Origin: Bugula neritina
Taxonomy: Eukaryota; Animalia; Bryozoa
Assembly (NCBI GenBank): GCA_964035545.1
Contig: OZ037770.1
Location: 2,884,662 to 2,948,661 of the forward strand
Reading direction: 5' to 3'
DNA: 64,000 nucleotides
Shown in pieces: positions 1 through 14,544 of the stretch. The notes beneath the pieces were generated by a model, which was not told the DNA's origin, made no database searches, and saw only the letters and a list, made by a program, of their open reading frames with translations. Both the position numbers and the translations under genes were made by a program. Positions within the stretch are counted from its first letter, which is position 1. Each line of letters opens with the position of its first letter.

Positions 1-1625
1 CAAATAATTCCACAGATAATATTTTGGCTGGTAGCACACATGCAAAGACTACCACAATGAAGGTGTGTTTATACCCTCACAGTTTGCAGTCTAATGTTTA
101 CTTTGACTGAGTGGACAGTTTCATTGAGTCATTTAATGTTATAAAAGCAACTCCTCAATGTTATTCTCATGTCTTACTGTTGAAAAGTGATCCACATAAT
201 GAAACCAGTCTCAGTGAGTTTTAGTAAAGTTATAGAAATGCCAGCTCATAATGATAATTTTTCCCAGAAGATGAAAACTTCGTTCATATTATAAACTAGA
301 TGAATAAAGCATATAATGCTGGTAACGCATAGAGTAGTAACAAAATACACACACACTATGTTGTATATAAACGTACATTATAATATATTACATGTGCATA
401 CACTACACAATGCATTCAATATACAACATGTAAATGCTTACCTCAGCTATTAGTCTGCACGCAAATGAACAACAAATACAAAATGATATTACAAGCACAA
501 GTCTTTTTAGTAACAATCGGATGAAGAATGTTTAAAATTTATTGTTGTAATTTTTAAAATATTTCAACTTTGAATAACTGTAAGGGACATAATATGATTA
601 CTTCAATCTAGACAATTATGCTGCAAATCCATATATATTTTCCTTTCCATATGATCAACTTACTACAACTTGTGCAGAAATTCTAATATATGCAAGTATT
701 ACATGCTTGAATAATTTTTGTGTGACTTAATTATATAATATGGCTAAAGCTGGCAATTATTTAATTATGGTGAATAGATTTAAATTGTTATAACAAGTGG
801 GTATTTGTTTTCCCTCACCAAGCCTATGAAAGTATATCAGGGTTAGCAAAGAATGGGGTGGAAATCTTATCAATAGCTTGAAGTTGTCTGTCCTTTTCTC
901 AAATGTTAGAATAAACTAAAGCTTGAGTGATGAAATGTCATTTGGACTGAGTTATTACATAAGTATGAAGTTGCTGCTGAACAGTATAATACAAGTTGTA
1001 ACAGTTTTGTAGTCACTTTACAGCTCATGTTTACATTTTCCCTACAGCTTTCCTATAGTGAGTGACTCAAGGCAATTTGTGTGTACAAGCTGGAACCTGT
1101 TTGGGGTCAATAGGGCATTTTGGGCAGTGTGGTATATTTAAGAGTGCCGACTTTTAGAAATCTTAGGGAATTATATGGACATCATTATGCCGCGATTGGT
1201 ACCGCGAGTTCATATAAGTTATAGAGGGAAAATTTTGCCACTTTTGTTATTTTATTATCATTTTATTTTTAGTTTTGTTTAATGGTAAAGCTTTTAAACA
1301 ATTTTTTTATGCATATACAATTTAAAAGAAAATTAAAAGTCACTCATGCACGTAAATACAAAGCTATAAAGTCTAAGTTTCGCTGTGATTAAAACATGAA
1401 AACTAATTGAATAATGCTTGCAATAACCGTGTTACACAAAATACATTACAGTTGCTATAAATGTAAGACAAGTAAATTAGATGCAAATAGGCACGGTAAT
1501 ACTACTCAATTTATGCTATTTTTAAAAATTTTAGTCGATAATTGGCATATATACATATATATATTATATATAATGTATGTTGATTGTCAATCTAGTTGGA
1601 GTTCCAGCAAACTAAAGTGCTCGAT

Positions 1626-2530
<905 letters not shown>

Positions 2531-2940
2531 GTATGTACATGTGTGTTTGAGCATGCATGCACGTATTTGTGTGCGTGTAGTTGCTTTCTTATAAAGTAGT
2601 GTTTAAAGGAGAAACTGATCTGTTTGTTATCTTTCTTCATATCTGGAATATTAATTAGCATTCTAATCAAACAGCAGCACACAGAATATTATATATAATA
2701 GAAAAATTCATTGTATAATCTGTCTCGCAGCTATAATATTCAAATTAATTATTATAATTGACCATACAAAAAAATTTGAAATAAAAGTAGTTGTACTAAC
2801 GGTGTCATCCCGGATAGACGCTTCCCAGTTAGACGATAGGCTAAATCTCCCAATTGAAGATTCCCAGTTACACGTTATTTATTTATATTGGTACAATATA
2901 TAATATTGTATGTGCAATTTATTTGAATGTTATTCATATA

Positions 2941-4022
2941 TAGGGGTAAGGGGGGGGGGGGGCACAACGGTCATAGAGGTACAAAAAGACAGTCAAATTG
3001 TGAGAGAACTTATTGATTTTGAGATGTGATTCTTTTTTTAATAAATTGGCATTGACATAATTATTCAGCCATTGTAGTTTCAACACTTGCAGAGCATACA
3101 TGTTGAAGTAGAGGCGAGTCAAAAATTGTTTTTACCAACGTTTTGTAAATTTTTTAAGACGTAGGTAAAGCTTTTTTACTTTTTACACTAAAAGGTGACA
3201 AGCTTAAATTTTACTGATATTGTTGCCATTGCTTGACTCTACATTGCTTAACTGGTAGAACGGCCAACTCTAAAATAAATCTTCTTTGAGTCACATTTTT
3301 TTTCAACTTGGCCACCTGGGCACAATGGGCCACCTGATCGGTGCACCCTGATCACTGTTATTAGTTTGTTTGCCCAAAAAGTTAGATGTAATGTTAATAA
3401 AATCTATAGATACATAGCCATTTTGTAAAATATCAAAGAATCATGGTAAGACTACCAAACTCCCAGGTGAAGCTCCCCCAATAGGCCTATATACATTTAG
3501 CACCGTAAGGTTATAGCTTTGCCATTTTATACATGATACAGAACACTCTGATGTTGCTACTAATAGATAGTCATGATATTCATTATACATTATATCATTG
3601 GGGGATTATACATGTATTTGACTAAAATAAATTCCGATTTACACATTTCCTCCCCTCTCCCCTTTTGCATTTCAATCACAAACCTCAGCCATGCCCCTTA
3701 GCCACAGTTAAATTCATAGAAAATTTTTTTAAAATACATGTTACTAAAGTTTTTTCTGATGAAAGTTCTTGTGAAGTGGAAATAGAAAAAACCTTTTTAG
3801 TTCTAAACATTAATGAAAATAGTACTGTAAAAATGAGTGATGTACGTTTGATTTTGCCTCCCCTTGTTATCTGTGGTGGTACAAACTGAACAGCTAAAAC
3901 GTGATTTTTGCCGTATATTAATTAAATTAAAATCAGATGCAACAAATCTACAAAGTTTCAATATATTTGTCATGTCCCACCCAGTGGCCCATTGTGCCCC
4001 AGTACCAGGGTACAATGGGCCG
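2941..4022. mobile_element. Degenerate DNA-transposon remnant (possibly pogo/Tc1-mariner-like)
   Basis: GGGGCACAAYGG.C motifs occur in both orientations (2955-2972, 3317-3335, 3985-4022). ORF 3665-3889 ends in ...DVRLILPPLVICGGT, which resembles C-terminal segments of invertebrate DNA-transposon proteins. No TSD or transposase core was found. Confidence 0.35.
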
Positions 4023-5494
4023 ATTGTTTTGTCATGAAAATTTCATTATTCTGAAAGTTGTGAGAGAGATAGAAACAACAAACTGATACCTGTAATAGAC
4101 AACAGATGCAGCATTTGGACTAGAGATTATTGAACTAGTAACTAACTGTAATAAATTTGCTAACAATTGCAAAATAATATCTGATTGCTCTAATTATTAT
4201 TAAAACAAGCTTTTTAGAGATAGAATATAATAGAAACTTCTTGTATTATGGCCTATTCCATAAATATAGCCCTATATTTCATTTTCAGTCAAATCTTGAA
4301 CTAATAAAAGTATCATAACATATATTCATATTTTATACTTCAGAATCCACCTCAGACTAGACCCTGACATAAATACAAAAGACTTGCTCAGCACTCTTTC
4401 CCCTGTCTTCTAGTTTTGCTGAAAAGAGAGAATTTCACCAACAAAGATGCATATCTTCCAATCATTCTCACCACATTCTATTTGAGTTTACCTGTAAGCT
4501 GAAAAATCATCTGAAAGAGAAACATCAATATAGTATACAGGTGGGTAGAGGAATATCCAACATACATATTGCTGCCATAGAAAATGCTAACTTTTTACAA
4601 AGTATTCATCAATGCTATGCTCAATTGCTTTCTATTAGTAGCCATATTGTTGTAAAGTAAGGAATGCCAGGTGGTATATAACCACACTGAGTACCTCAGT
4701 TTTGAAATAAGTTTATGTCAAGCAAATGCACAGAATAAGGGAAAATATTGTATATATATAGTTGAAATGAGCCCTGCACCCTGAACATAACAAAATGCTA
4801 TTGTTTAAGTCAGTTCTTTAAGTAGCTAATTGATGTATATTATTATATAAACCAAACGTTTCTGGTATGACTTGCACAGCATATGAATTACATGCATTCA
4901 CAAAGCAATGAATAGTATCATGTGACAAGATTTGCTGAGTAAGTGAAGAGTAGAATTTCTAAAGCTGCAGACAAATAAAACTAATTTATCAGTTAAATCA
5001 AATCACATTGTAAAATTTCTTCAACTATAAAAGCTTTTAGCAAAATATGCATATGCATAGACTGTTTTAACTAAGCAATGTGCATTTTGCATAATGACCT
5101 AGCTATTATTTGATTGACACCGATCTGTTGTGTAAAACCTATATATAACCATCAGTTTATAGTAACTTAACAATTATCTACAGCAAAAGTGAAGCTGTGA
5201 AATATTACCTAATTAATTTAAATCTCCAGTTTTAATTCTTCTCTGCCATCTTGTTTAGTTTATATTCAGCAGACACACATGTATTGGCAATTAGCTGAGC
5301 TGCATAATAATACTACTATTGTGCCATCCTGGTTGGGTATTGGTGATCAATACAATATCGTAATTTATTACGTTATTAGTTTAGCAAAGTATATCTAAAG
5401 AAGACGATGAGATCTAAATACAATAGTTTTCATAGACACCATGTAATCTTTATTGTGTTTATAATTTATAATGATGTATAAATATTTTAATTTG

Positions 5495-5981
5495 TTGTTT
5501 AAATTAAAATTCCAGCTGTGAAAATCATTTCTTGTTATATTAGTATACAAACATATCATATAATAGCAGTGCTAGTACTGTGACTATTTGTCTATTATCT
5601 AGTAATTGTGATGTCAAGAAATACCAACAATTCTGCAAGTAAGGCATACCTTTAAAAATGATTAACTCCTGATTAAAAGTAAAGATGAAATACAACCCAT
5701 GCGCCTCTCTAGCCTAGTAGTTTACTCAACTGGCAACTGTGAAGTGAAAACTTCATAATAATATTAATACTTACGTATCTTGAAGTGAAATGATTGTGAT
5801 TTTTCGTCTTTTAAACCTATTTTTAAAGGTATGCTTTATTTGCAGAATTGTTGGTATTTCTTGACATCACAATTACTAGATAATAGACAAATAGTCACAG
5901 TACTAGCACTGCTATTTTATGATGTTTGTATACTAATATAACAAGAAATTAATTTCATAGCTGGAATCTTAACTTGAACAA
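5495..5981. repeat. Long inverted repeat (~165-bp arms, ~160-bp spacer)
   Basis: 5495-5660 is the reverse complement of 5818-5981, e.g. GCAGTGCTAGTACTGTGACTATTTGTCTATTATCTAGTAATTGTGATGTCAAGAAATACCAACAATTCTGCAA. Confidence 0.92.
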
Positions 5982-6321
5982 TGCACTCAACATTCTAATA
6001 TCCTAGATGTGCCCTTCCTGAAACTCGTACAGAGAACACCTTACTGTATGTCAGTGATGTGGTGAGGAAGTAGTAAACTTACTTTGACAGTCTCAGCTGA
6101 CTAATTCAAATGTACCTCATAGTTTAGAATATATTTGTGAGACAGTTTATTGGCGATTTTTATGAAAAATCGGCCTGTGTACATGCAGCTTTAGTCTAGT
6201 ATTTTCTCAAACAAATAGAAGGTGCTGGAAGGTGAAAACCAATATACAGAGAGATGCATGTCACTGCTATGAAACTAGGTCACAGGGTGAAGATACACTG
6301 AATAGGATACATGATACTTAA

Positions 6322-9300
6322 AGGCGGTAAGCTTCCAGGTTATTTATTACATTTGAGCAAAGGTTTGCATGCTTTTCAACTGTTTTATCAGCATTTTATC
6401 CAATTTCTTATACGAAAACACTACAAAAATGTAAGTAAAAGTGGTCATATTAGGTGTCTTGGACTTGCCCAGACTTGCCCGCGAGCGTGCCCTCCGTGTC
6501 CTATTCTGACGTGGGGATGGCAAAATAGCCCTATTGTAGCGTGAGTTTATATCGCGTAAAGTTATTAAGAAGCGGGTTTGTCACAGATTCTCGTTATTCG
6601 TAGTTCAAATCACATGAATGTTACTCTTCGGGCGGCTACTAATAACTAACGTTAGCTACGCAACATCAAGAAAGGTAACTAATTTGACTGTTTTCAAATG
6701 GACTATTCCATTTCGCTAGTTTGTAACTTGCTGTAAATCACAAAATAATTATTTTCCCTATTTTAATTTCAATTATCATGTCGACCACACTACCAGAAAA
6801 TTACTCTTAAATATGCAGTAAATGATGATTTTCAACCGTTTTGTGATGAATTATAGGTTAGTAGTTGTCTACGTAAAACCAAGTTTTAAAATTTGTAACT
6901 GAATCAGTGAAACTGAATCACAGTATCAGTATGACTATGAGTATCACTAGTCTATCACTATGTCTATGACTCTCACTCTAACTCTAAGTCTATGACTGTC
7001 GCTTATTGGTGAACTATTATTAATAATATTCAATGGTTATATTTATTAATACTATTATCAGTCATAATGATAATCATATGACAGTATCAGTATGTTAATG
7101 TTACGGAGCAGAATCAGTTTCGAAACTAATACTTATAATATTAGTTATAACTATAAGTATAAGTTATACCAATAGCTATATTTATATTAATATAAATATT
7201 TATATTCATAGTAATACTAATAACAAATGTAAAATTATTATGTTAATAGTTATACTTGTAAGTTATAATATAAAACAAACGACACAAGTATTAATTTGAA
7301 CTGCTGGTCTTAAAATAAAAAGTAAAATAAATAATATTATAAATAATAAAATATAAATTATAATAATTTAATTATACTAATACTAATAGCAATACTTATA
7401 CAGTAATATAATTATAATAAATTTATAAAACTTAAACAACTTTAAATTTAAGGAACAACTTTAAATACAAACAAAGATAATATTAAATAATTATAATCAT
7501 AATGATCATAACAATAAATATAATTATGATTCCAATAATTATCAATATATTATATAATATTTAAATTATTTTAATTTATAATTATAATCATAAATTTTAT
7601 AGTTATAGTGAATAAATTCAATTTGACATAACTATAATATTATAAAGCAGTCAGCCTATCTCTAATGCTGATTAAAATTCAGATTGTTATGACTGTATCA
7701 TTATTCACTAACTCTAAGAGTAAGTGGCTACAATTATTAGTATCAATGTTGTGTTAGAGTACTATACCCATTGGAATTTTGATATATCCATTATATTTAC
7801 AACTCTGCCTGTTACAGCTATTAATAAATTGAACCAAAATACCAACAGTGCCTAATCATCGCCTTATTTATAAAATAATCACAATCATAATGCTCAAGTT
7901 AATAGATTGGAAATTATTGAAAATTATGTTGATGCCAATATAAATATGACATTGTATGCATCCAAGTAGTGATGTTGTAATATATCTTGGAAGATAATTA
8001 CATTATAATAAGAGTTAAATTCCTCTAAGTAACTTTTTTGCAATTATTCCTTAGAATAACTATAACTTATACTCCTAACATTTAATAGCGCATTAGTTTT
8101 AGATTGAGCTACTAATTGTATTTATTGCATGTGAAAGTTAGTTATTCTCCGCCAGCTGCATGAATGTGACTGGTAAATTTTGTAACCTTTGGCAGTAATA
8201 ACTTTGTAGTATAAATTAGACACATTTTTATGAAAATACATAATTTTAATGCTATAGCTGCTAGTAATTCTAATGGGTGTAATAATATTACTTTCACCAG
8301 CATTAATTTTTACTTTGTTCATGCTTCATAAAGCATTTTCTAAATTCTTTTTTGAATAAATATACATATAATGTGCTGAATAGATTACATATGTTGGGGT
8401 TCTTCCTATACTGCAGCTCAGCCTACACTCCCCGCCACAAATGTTCCTAAACTACTAGCTTCATCAGGATACAGATTGATGGAGCTGTATTGATAAAAAC
8501 TTCTCTTTTTAGCAGTAGAGGCATCATGAAAAAAAGGCAAGTATTTTACTCAATAAGAATTCGGTTTTTTACTTCTACAAATTTGATAGCCTACACGATT
8601 CTATTTAAATGGAAACTGGTCTGACATAATGTGTCTGCAATTTATTAGTTATATTATAGTAAATACTATGCAGGCCTATAGATCAAATGGCTCAAAAAAA
8701 ATTAAATAAAACATTACACAATGCTGTATTTATTAGCAATGTAATGCTTAGCAACTAATTTCACATTATTATTGTTTGCAAAGTTTCATACATCTACATA
8801 TGTTTGTTCAATTCAGTGTTCTGAAGTAGAAGGTTCTAACAGCAGGGAAAAGCCTTGAACAAGATATTATGTTCTACATCTCCAACTCATTTTAACTTTG
8901 CTGGTCAGTTCATTGTGTATCTGGAGCATAGTTTTGTATTTTCAAGTAGTCCATCAGATACCTTTGTAGATAGTAAAGATTAAAATGCTTGTGCAATGAT
9001 GTCCATAATGTTGAACCGATTTATTGAAACTAAAACTGTTCTTAATTATAACAAAACTTGACAATCTTTACATAAAGAATAATGTCCTATAATCTATCTT
9101 CATTGTAAACAAAATTAGAAAGTTCCACACCAGCAAATTGTTTATCATCATCTGTAGGTGGAAGACACGTGCACTCAGTTATAAAGGCAAGCTGACAGTG
9201 GTTTTCTTTGCCTTCTATGAAGATTTGGAAAGAGCCAGAAAATCAATACTCTATAACTGCAAAACCATGTTGTAGTGTCTTGTGTTATTGATTGAATCAT

Positions 9301-11574
9301 CTAAAAGAAAAATTGTTGTATCATTATAATTTTACTGTTAATGAATTAGCAAATCTACTTATCTTGGTAAATATATTCAAAAACAAATACTATAGTGTAA
9401 CTCAGTTTTGGTTATGTGTATGCTCCTTAAGCAAATTTACAGCAGATATCAAACTATATATTAGAGACTGATATAGGAATTAAATTTAAGCTAACCATGA
9501 TGATGTAAATAGCTGTTGTATGTGACTTCGAGAACTCTGCTGGCCATGTCAGTTCAAATACACCAGGGTGATCTGTTACGAATTTCATGTCATTATTGAA
9601 ATTCAGCTTTTTCAAGTGCCTCTTCACAACTCTGGCAGCATTCTGACTGCTCCTTAGCTTTCTGCGCCTGAAATTTCTTCTACTTGCACCATTCTTCTAT
9701 TGGTGGAATGTTAGCCTATAACAAACAGGTGTACCAAAGCTAAAAAAATATCTAATTCACTGCACTAGGATATTATTCAACTCATTTAAATTTAATATAT
9801 AGCAGTAAAACAATCACATAATTGTTTTTATTTTATCAGCTTTACTTTACAAAGCTGAACCATATAATTTAGTAACTTGTCACCATAATAAACTTTGTAC
9901 AACGTACAAATTGAAAACCTGATGTGATTGCTTTTTTAATAGAATATACATCAAAAACATGTTACTTTGATAGGCGTGTTTATAATAAAAGTATTAAATT
10001 AGTTTGAAAAAATTTTTTTGTTATATAAGGGATCACAAAACTACATCATTTTAGACCTGTAGCTCAATGTTCCTCAAGCAACGGGCTGCTATGACTAATT
10101 AATTTTCTATCATTGCATTTGATTGTTGTACTCATAGTGTATTGGCGAATTAAAATTATTGGTAATTTAATGTATATTTTAGCTACCTCTGTACAATCAA
10201 TGTCATAGTAATATCAATTAGGTTTTAAATTTCACTGAGTTTATAGTAAATTACTGCAACCGTTACATAACATTTGGCTAGTTCTCTAGTTCATTAAATA
10301 ACCATACGAACTTAAATTTACAACATGACAAAACACACAAAGCAAAATTAAAATAAGCATATTATGAACCAATGTAAATGATAAGCGATAATGCTGTTAT
10401 AAAACATAAATTATCAAATTGAAATAGTTATTATTACTATTAGTATTACTATCATTATAACAACTATAACTATTATTAGTATTACTATTACTATTAGTAT
10501 TAGCAAATTAGTAGTAAAAAATGAGTAGAGCTCAACATATACAATCTAGCTTACTATAAAAGTAGAAGTAGAACTTTTAAAACTATCATCTGCATCATTA
10601 TCAGAACTATGAGTAATACTAGTAGTTGTACTAATAGTAATACTAATTATTAATACTAATAGTATCACTATGAGTATGAGACTTGGGCTGGCAGTGATTA
10701 TCACTATCAGTATCAGCATCGTCATAGTCAAAAGTTACAAGAATTAGAAGCCATATTCATAGTAATAGTCAATCATTGATTGAGTTAATGTCATAGTGAT
10801 ACTCATACTCATAATTAATTTATACGATACTTATACTCATAGTGATAGTGATACTTCACCGTGAATTTAATAATAATTTTAATTTAATAATAATATAAAT
10901 ATTATTATTATCATTGTTGCTAATATTATGTCTTACTCTTAGTCTAACAGCAGCTCTATGAAGAAGTTAAACATAACTGATAACAAAACAAATTTAAAAA
11001 ATAATACTGCAACAATCAATATAATGTATATCAATATGCTAGCAACCTAATTTTCAGCTCACTTCATTAACTTTCCGTGCAGTATTGTGAATTGTGATGA
11101 AATAAATTTATTAATGGTGACCTTGACATCTTCGTCCAAATGCCTTTCACGTCAAGCCCCGAACCAATTTGTAAAAATTTTGGATTTTTTACTTTTGATT
11201 ATTTTTTACGAAAAGAGCTTCAAAACAAATTTAAAAAAAAGTGAGTTGTTGTCCACATGAAAAGAAATATATGAGCTAATTTTCTAAATTCAGGAAGTTA
11301 CCAGAGGGTCACAATAATTTTTTAAAAAAATCTTTATTTTCACGACAAGCTCTATATATTAATATAGAAAAAAAGAAGACAACTCTTTTTTCAGATTTTT
11401 CATGTGCCACGGTCACGTCAATATCAGTGCTATTAACACATATATTTTAATTCATTTTTTCTGGTATATTGAGTTGAGATTTTTTGTATATATTTTGTGA
11501 ATGCTACTAAAAAAGTATGATCTTTTAATTAACAGTAATTGATTTTATCAAAATAACCTGGATGCTTACGATGT
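6322..11574. mobile_element. Degenerate Kolobok-type DNA transposon (5.25 kb)
   Basis: TTAA flanks at 6318-6321 and 11575-11578. Imperfect TIRs: AGGCGGTAAGCTTCCAGGTTATTT / AAATAACCTGGATGCTTACGATGT. The empty site is visible in the duplicate copy at ~1955-1975. An internal KolX-like relic is present. Confidence 0.8.
9113..9715 (-). pseudogene. KolX / P2X7-C-terminal-like Cys-rich protein relic of the Kolobok element
   Basis: The minus strand gives ...EQSECCQSCEE... and SYRVLIFWLFPNLHRRQRKPLSACLYN*VH../LPPTDDDKQFAG. This matches the YR-x-W...R-x-PLP-x-C...FP...G motif of Kolobok second proteins, with stops and frameshifts. Confidence 0.65.
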
Positions 11575-12143
11575 TTAAGTATAGTCTCTGTATGTAGAGT
11601 CTCACTTTATACTTTGAGTTGGTGCTTTATTAATAGAAGCTTGTGTATTAACTAAACACAGGGTTAACAAAGGGAGGAATGCTAAGAACAATTTGTTAGA
11701 GCCAGGACAAAAGACTTTTATATAATAACTATCAGTGAAATCAGATCACCCTGTAAAATACTATTCAGCTGTAAATTCTCACATGCTGTCAAGCATATAT
11801 TTGGAACTAAGGTAATTGTTGCTAATACAATACAGTGAAAGGAGAGTCGCAATATAAACCCAGTGTTTTGAAGTTTTTTATAAATTCCTGTCATTCAGTT
11901 CAGTTTGATTAGGTGCATGTAATTAGTTTATATATCAGATCATTATTTCTCAGTACTCAAGTAGAAGCCTAGATCTGTACAGTTACTTTATGCGATTAGA
12001 TTTGTTCTCTGTTACCTTCTTGTACCAGCACCATGTTTAGTCCTCCATAGACCACACAGGTATGTATAAAGATGAATTTATTACTTTGTATTTTAATTCA
12101 AATGTTATATTGCATAAGAATATTTTTTTATATGCCTGTGCAA

Positions 12144-12148
<5 letters not shown>

Positions 12149-12233
<85 letters not shown>
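12149..12233. repeat. (TA)n microsatellite
   Basis: Pure TA run. A second run at 14067-14125 heads the duplicated copy of the same region. Confidence 0.97.
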
Positions 12234-12237
<4 letters not shown>

Positions 12238-12919
12238 AATTATGTAGCTTGTTGACTAAGACTTCACAAAATATGACTTTAAATTTATTTTCAGCAATTC
12301 TGTTGTTCATTACAGTCACCACTAAAGTAGAAGACACCTGTTAGCACCTGTCATCAATACATTATTACAAGACCTTGCCTGTCACAGCCTGTCACAGCCT
12401 GTCACTACGTTAGTCACCACCTGAGCTGACATAGACAATCTTCCACAACTACCTTACAGAAGTAAGTTTATATTTGAAAGAGACAATTCTAATGCCTAAT
12501 TTGAAAAGAATTTCTAGTTTACTCACTGACTTTTCTTATGAATTTCATGCTTTGTTAGTTTTTCATTTTATATTATACAGTCACCACTCAAGTAGAAGAC
12601 ACCTGCGAGCACCTGTTATAGGGGCATTACTACCAAAGTCTGCCTGCCACAGCCTCACCATCCAAGTACAATACTATAACAGCAAAGCACACACCTGCTA
12701 TCACCTGCCACAAAACTGAAATAGACATAGAAGTGAGTTGTTTTATTTTACAAGTAGAAATTCTATTACCTTATGATAACATTTCACAGCATAGTCAAAC
12801 AAATTTAGCTACTACTTCCTGGCAAAAAACATAGAATTATAAAACACTTTGCTGCACTTTTTGCTTCTATGTCATTTCTCTTATTAACCAGTTGGTTTCT
12901 CTTATTAAACAAGTTATAG

Positions 12920-13085
12920 GTAATAATGGCACAAATGGAAAATTAAGTAAAATTGGCACATTTTCAAAATTAGCATTGTAGATATGAGTTGGGGGTTAGA
13001 CGTCTAGGATGAGGGGTTTGGAGGTTAGGGTTTGGGAAAATTTAACACCAGTGTGCGATTTTTACCTGTGCCATTTTTACCTAAA
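12920..13085. mobile_element. Short dispersed element with GGTAAWAATGGCAC / GTGCCATTTTTACC inverted motifs and GGGTT(A/T) tracts (copies also at ~17526-17780 and ~59780-60010)
   Basis: Three related copies share TAATGGCACAAATGGAA, a G/T telomere-like tract and TTACCTGTGCCA. Assignment as a Helentron/MITE-like non-autonomous element is inference. Confidence 0.6.
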
Positions 13086-14061
13086 ATCGGAACAGGTTCT
13101 TCTTCTATCAAAGTTCATTGAGTGTAGGGAAAGACACCATGCTTTTGATAGAGATGACACCACTTTAGTGTAACCTTAAAAAAATTGCCGCTGTTATGAA
13201 AGGCAATGATATGATGATTGCACTCCCACATTTTTAGATTCAGGTTATTTAGTGTAGCAAATATATCCACTAGGTATGTAGTATAAAGTTCATAGAAATT
13301 GACGTGCATGGCTGCTAAAAGTTGGCCTGTTAGTTTTTGCATATTTTTGACTTTTATTCGAAGTAACACAGAGAGCAGTTAGGGTAGAGTAATTTTTAAA
13401 CACACATTCATGTAGAAGTAAACTGAGATTGCAGAATATGGTTTAGTTAAATAGATGAACTAAGATGAAGATTTATAGATATACATATACACTTAACTTG
13501 CAAGAGCTCAAAACCGCCAACAAATTGCGTGAACTTTTCAAAATCCAAGTCCCCCCCCCCCTAAAATGTCCAAATTCCCCCCTTTGTGTGAACAGGGGGT
13601 TAGAGTAAACAGAAATTAGTGTCAGGTTCTGTGAATAGCATGTTAGATCAATGTTTATCTAAGGAGTTGTGAAACTGATCCTTTGTATTTATCATAATGA
13701 GCCAAGTCATGCTCAATGCTGAACTTATTTATGTTCAAAACTAAACTTCTGTTTATTTATTGCTAAACTTATAACCCCCCCCCCCCCTCGTTCATACATT
13801 GCCTTCGCACATTGCCGTACCATCACAGACAAAATGTTGCTGCTGTTACGTTTTGTCAACAGGCATTGCCCAAAACTAGTATAATATAAATGACTACACC
13901 TACATAATCGAGGTTCTTCTTAATTTTGATTGATTCTCCATGTTTTTTCCTATTTATTCAGCAACTTTTGATTGCAGAGTGTTATGAAAAAACCATAACT
14001 CTCCGAAATTTGTTATCTTGTTATTTAACCATGTTTGCTAAACAAACTGTCCTCGTAATCT

Positions 14062-14129
<68 letters not shown>

Positions 14130-14155
14130 CACAACTCTATAGCTTGTTGACTAAG

Positions 14156-14544
14156 TGTTGACACGATGCGTTTTTTACACATTTGTGACGTCCGAGAATA
14201 CCCGCTAGTGACCTGCCAAACACAGTTCGTGTGTTGCAAGTGCAAAAATTTATTAGCTAATGATGTTAGCGTTAAATTTTACTGCTCGCCTACAAGCGTT
14301 GGTTTTTTAAAATTACGTCATCGGCAAAGTTGCTTTAGTTATTATAAAAGCGGAAATGCAAATTATATGAAACTGTTTTAATTCAGTTCGCTAAAAGCTA
14401 AAACTTGAATTGAAATAAAAAAATGTGCTCCTAAATGATAATAAGCCCAAAGGCTTGCAGCTCCTCTTGCTCAGCGTGTTAGACGCATGAAAATTCCGCT
14501 CGTGACATCCAATTTTTGGGCTAAACGTGATTTCTTGCCCTACA
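14156..14544. mobile_element. 389-bp TG...CA insertion with 5-bp TSD (solo-LTR-like)
   Basis: CTAAG TSD at 14151-14155 and 14545-14549, termini TGTTG...CTACA, internal AATAAA. The duplicate copy at ~12251-12270 reads GTTGACTAAGACTTCAC (empty site). Confidence 0.75.

Noticed and set aside
4340-4510. Exon-like minus-strand segment (DWKICIF)
   Set aside because: It has stops, no neighbouring exons and no recognisable family.
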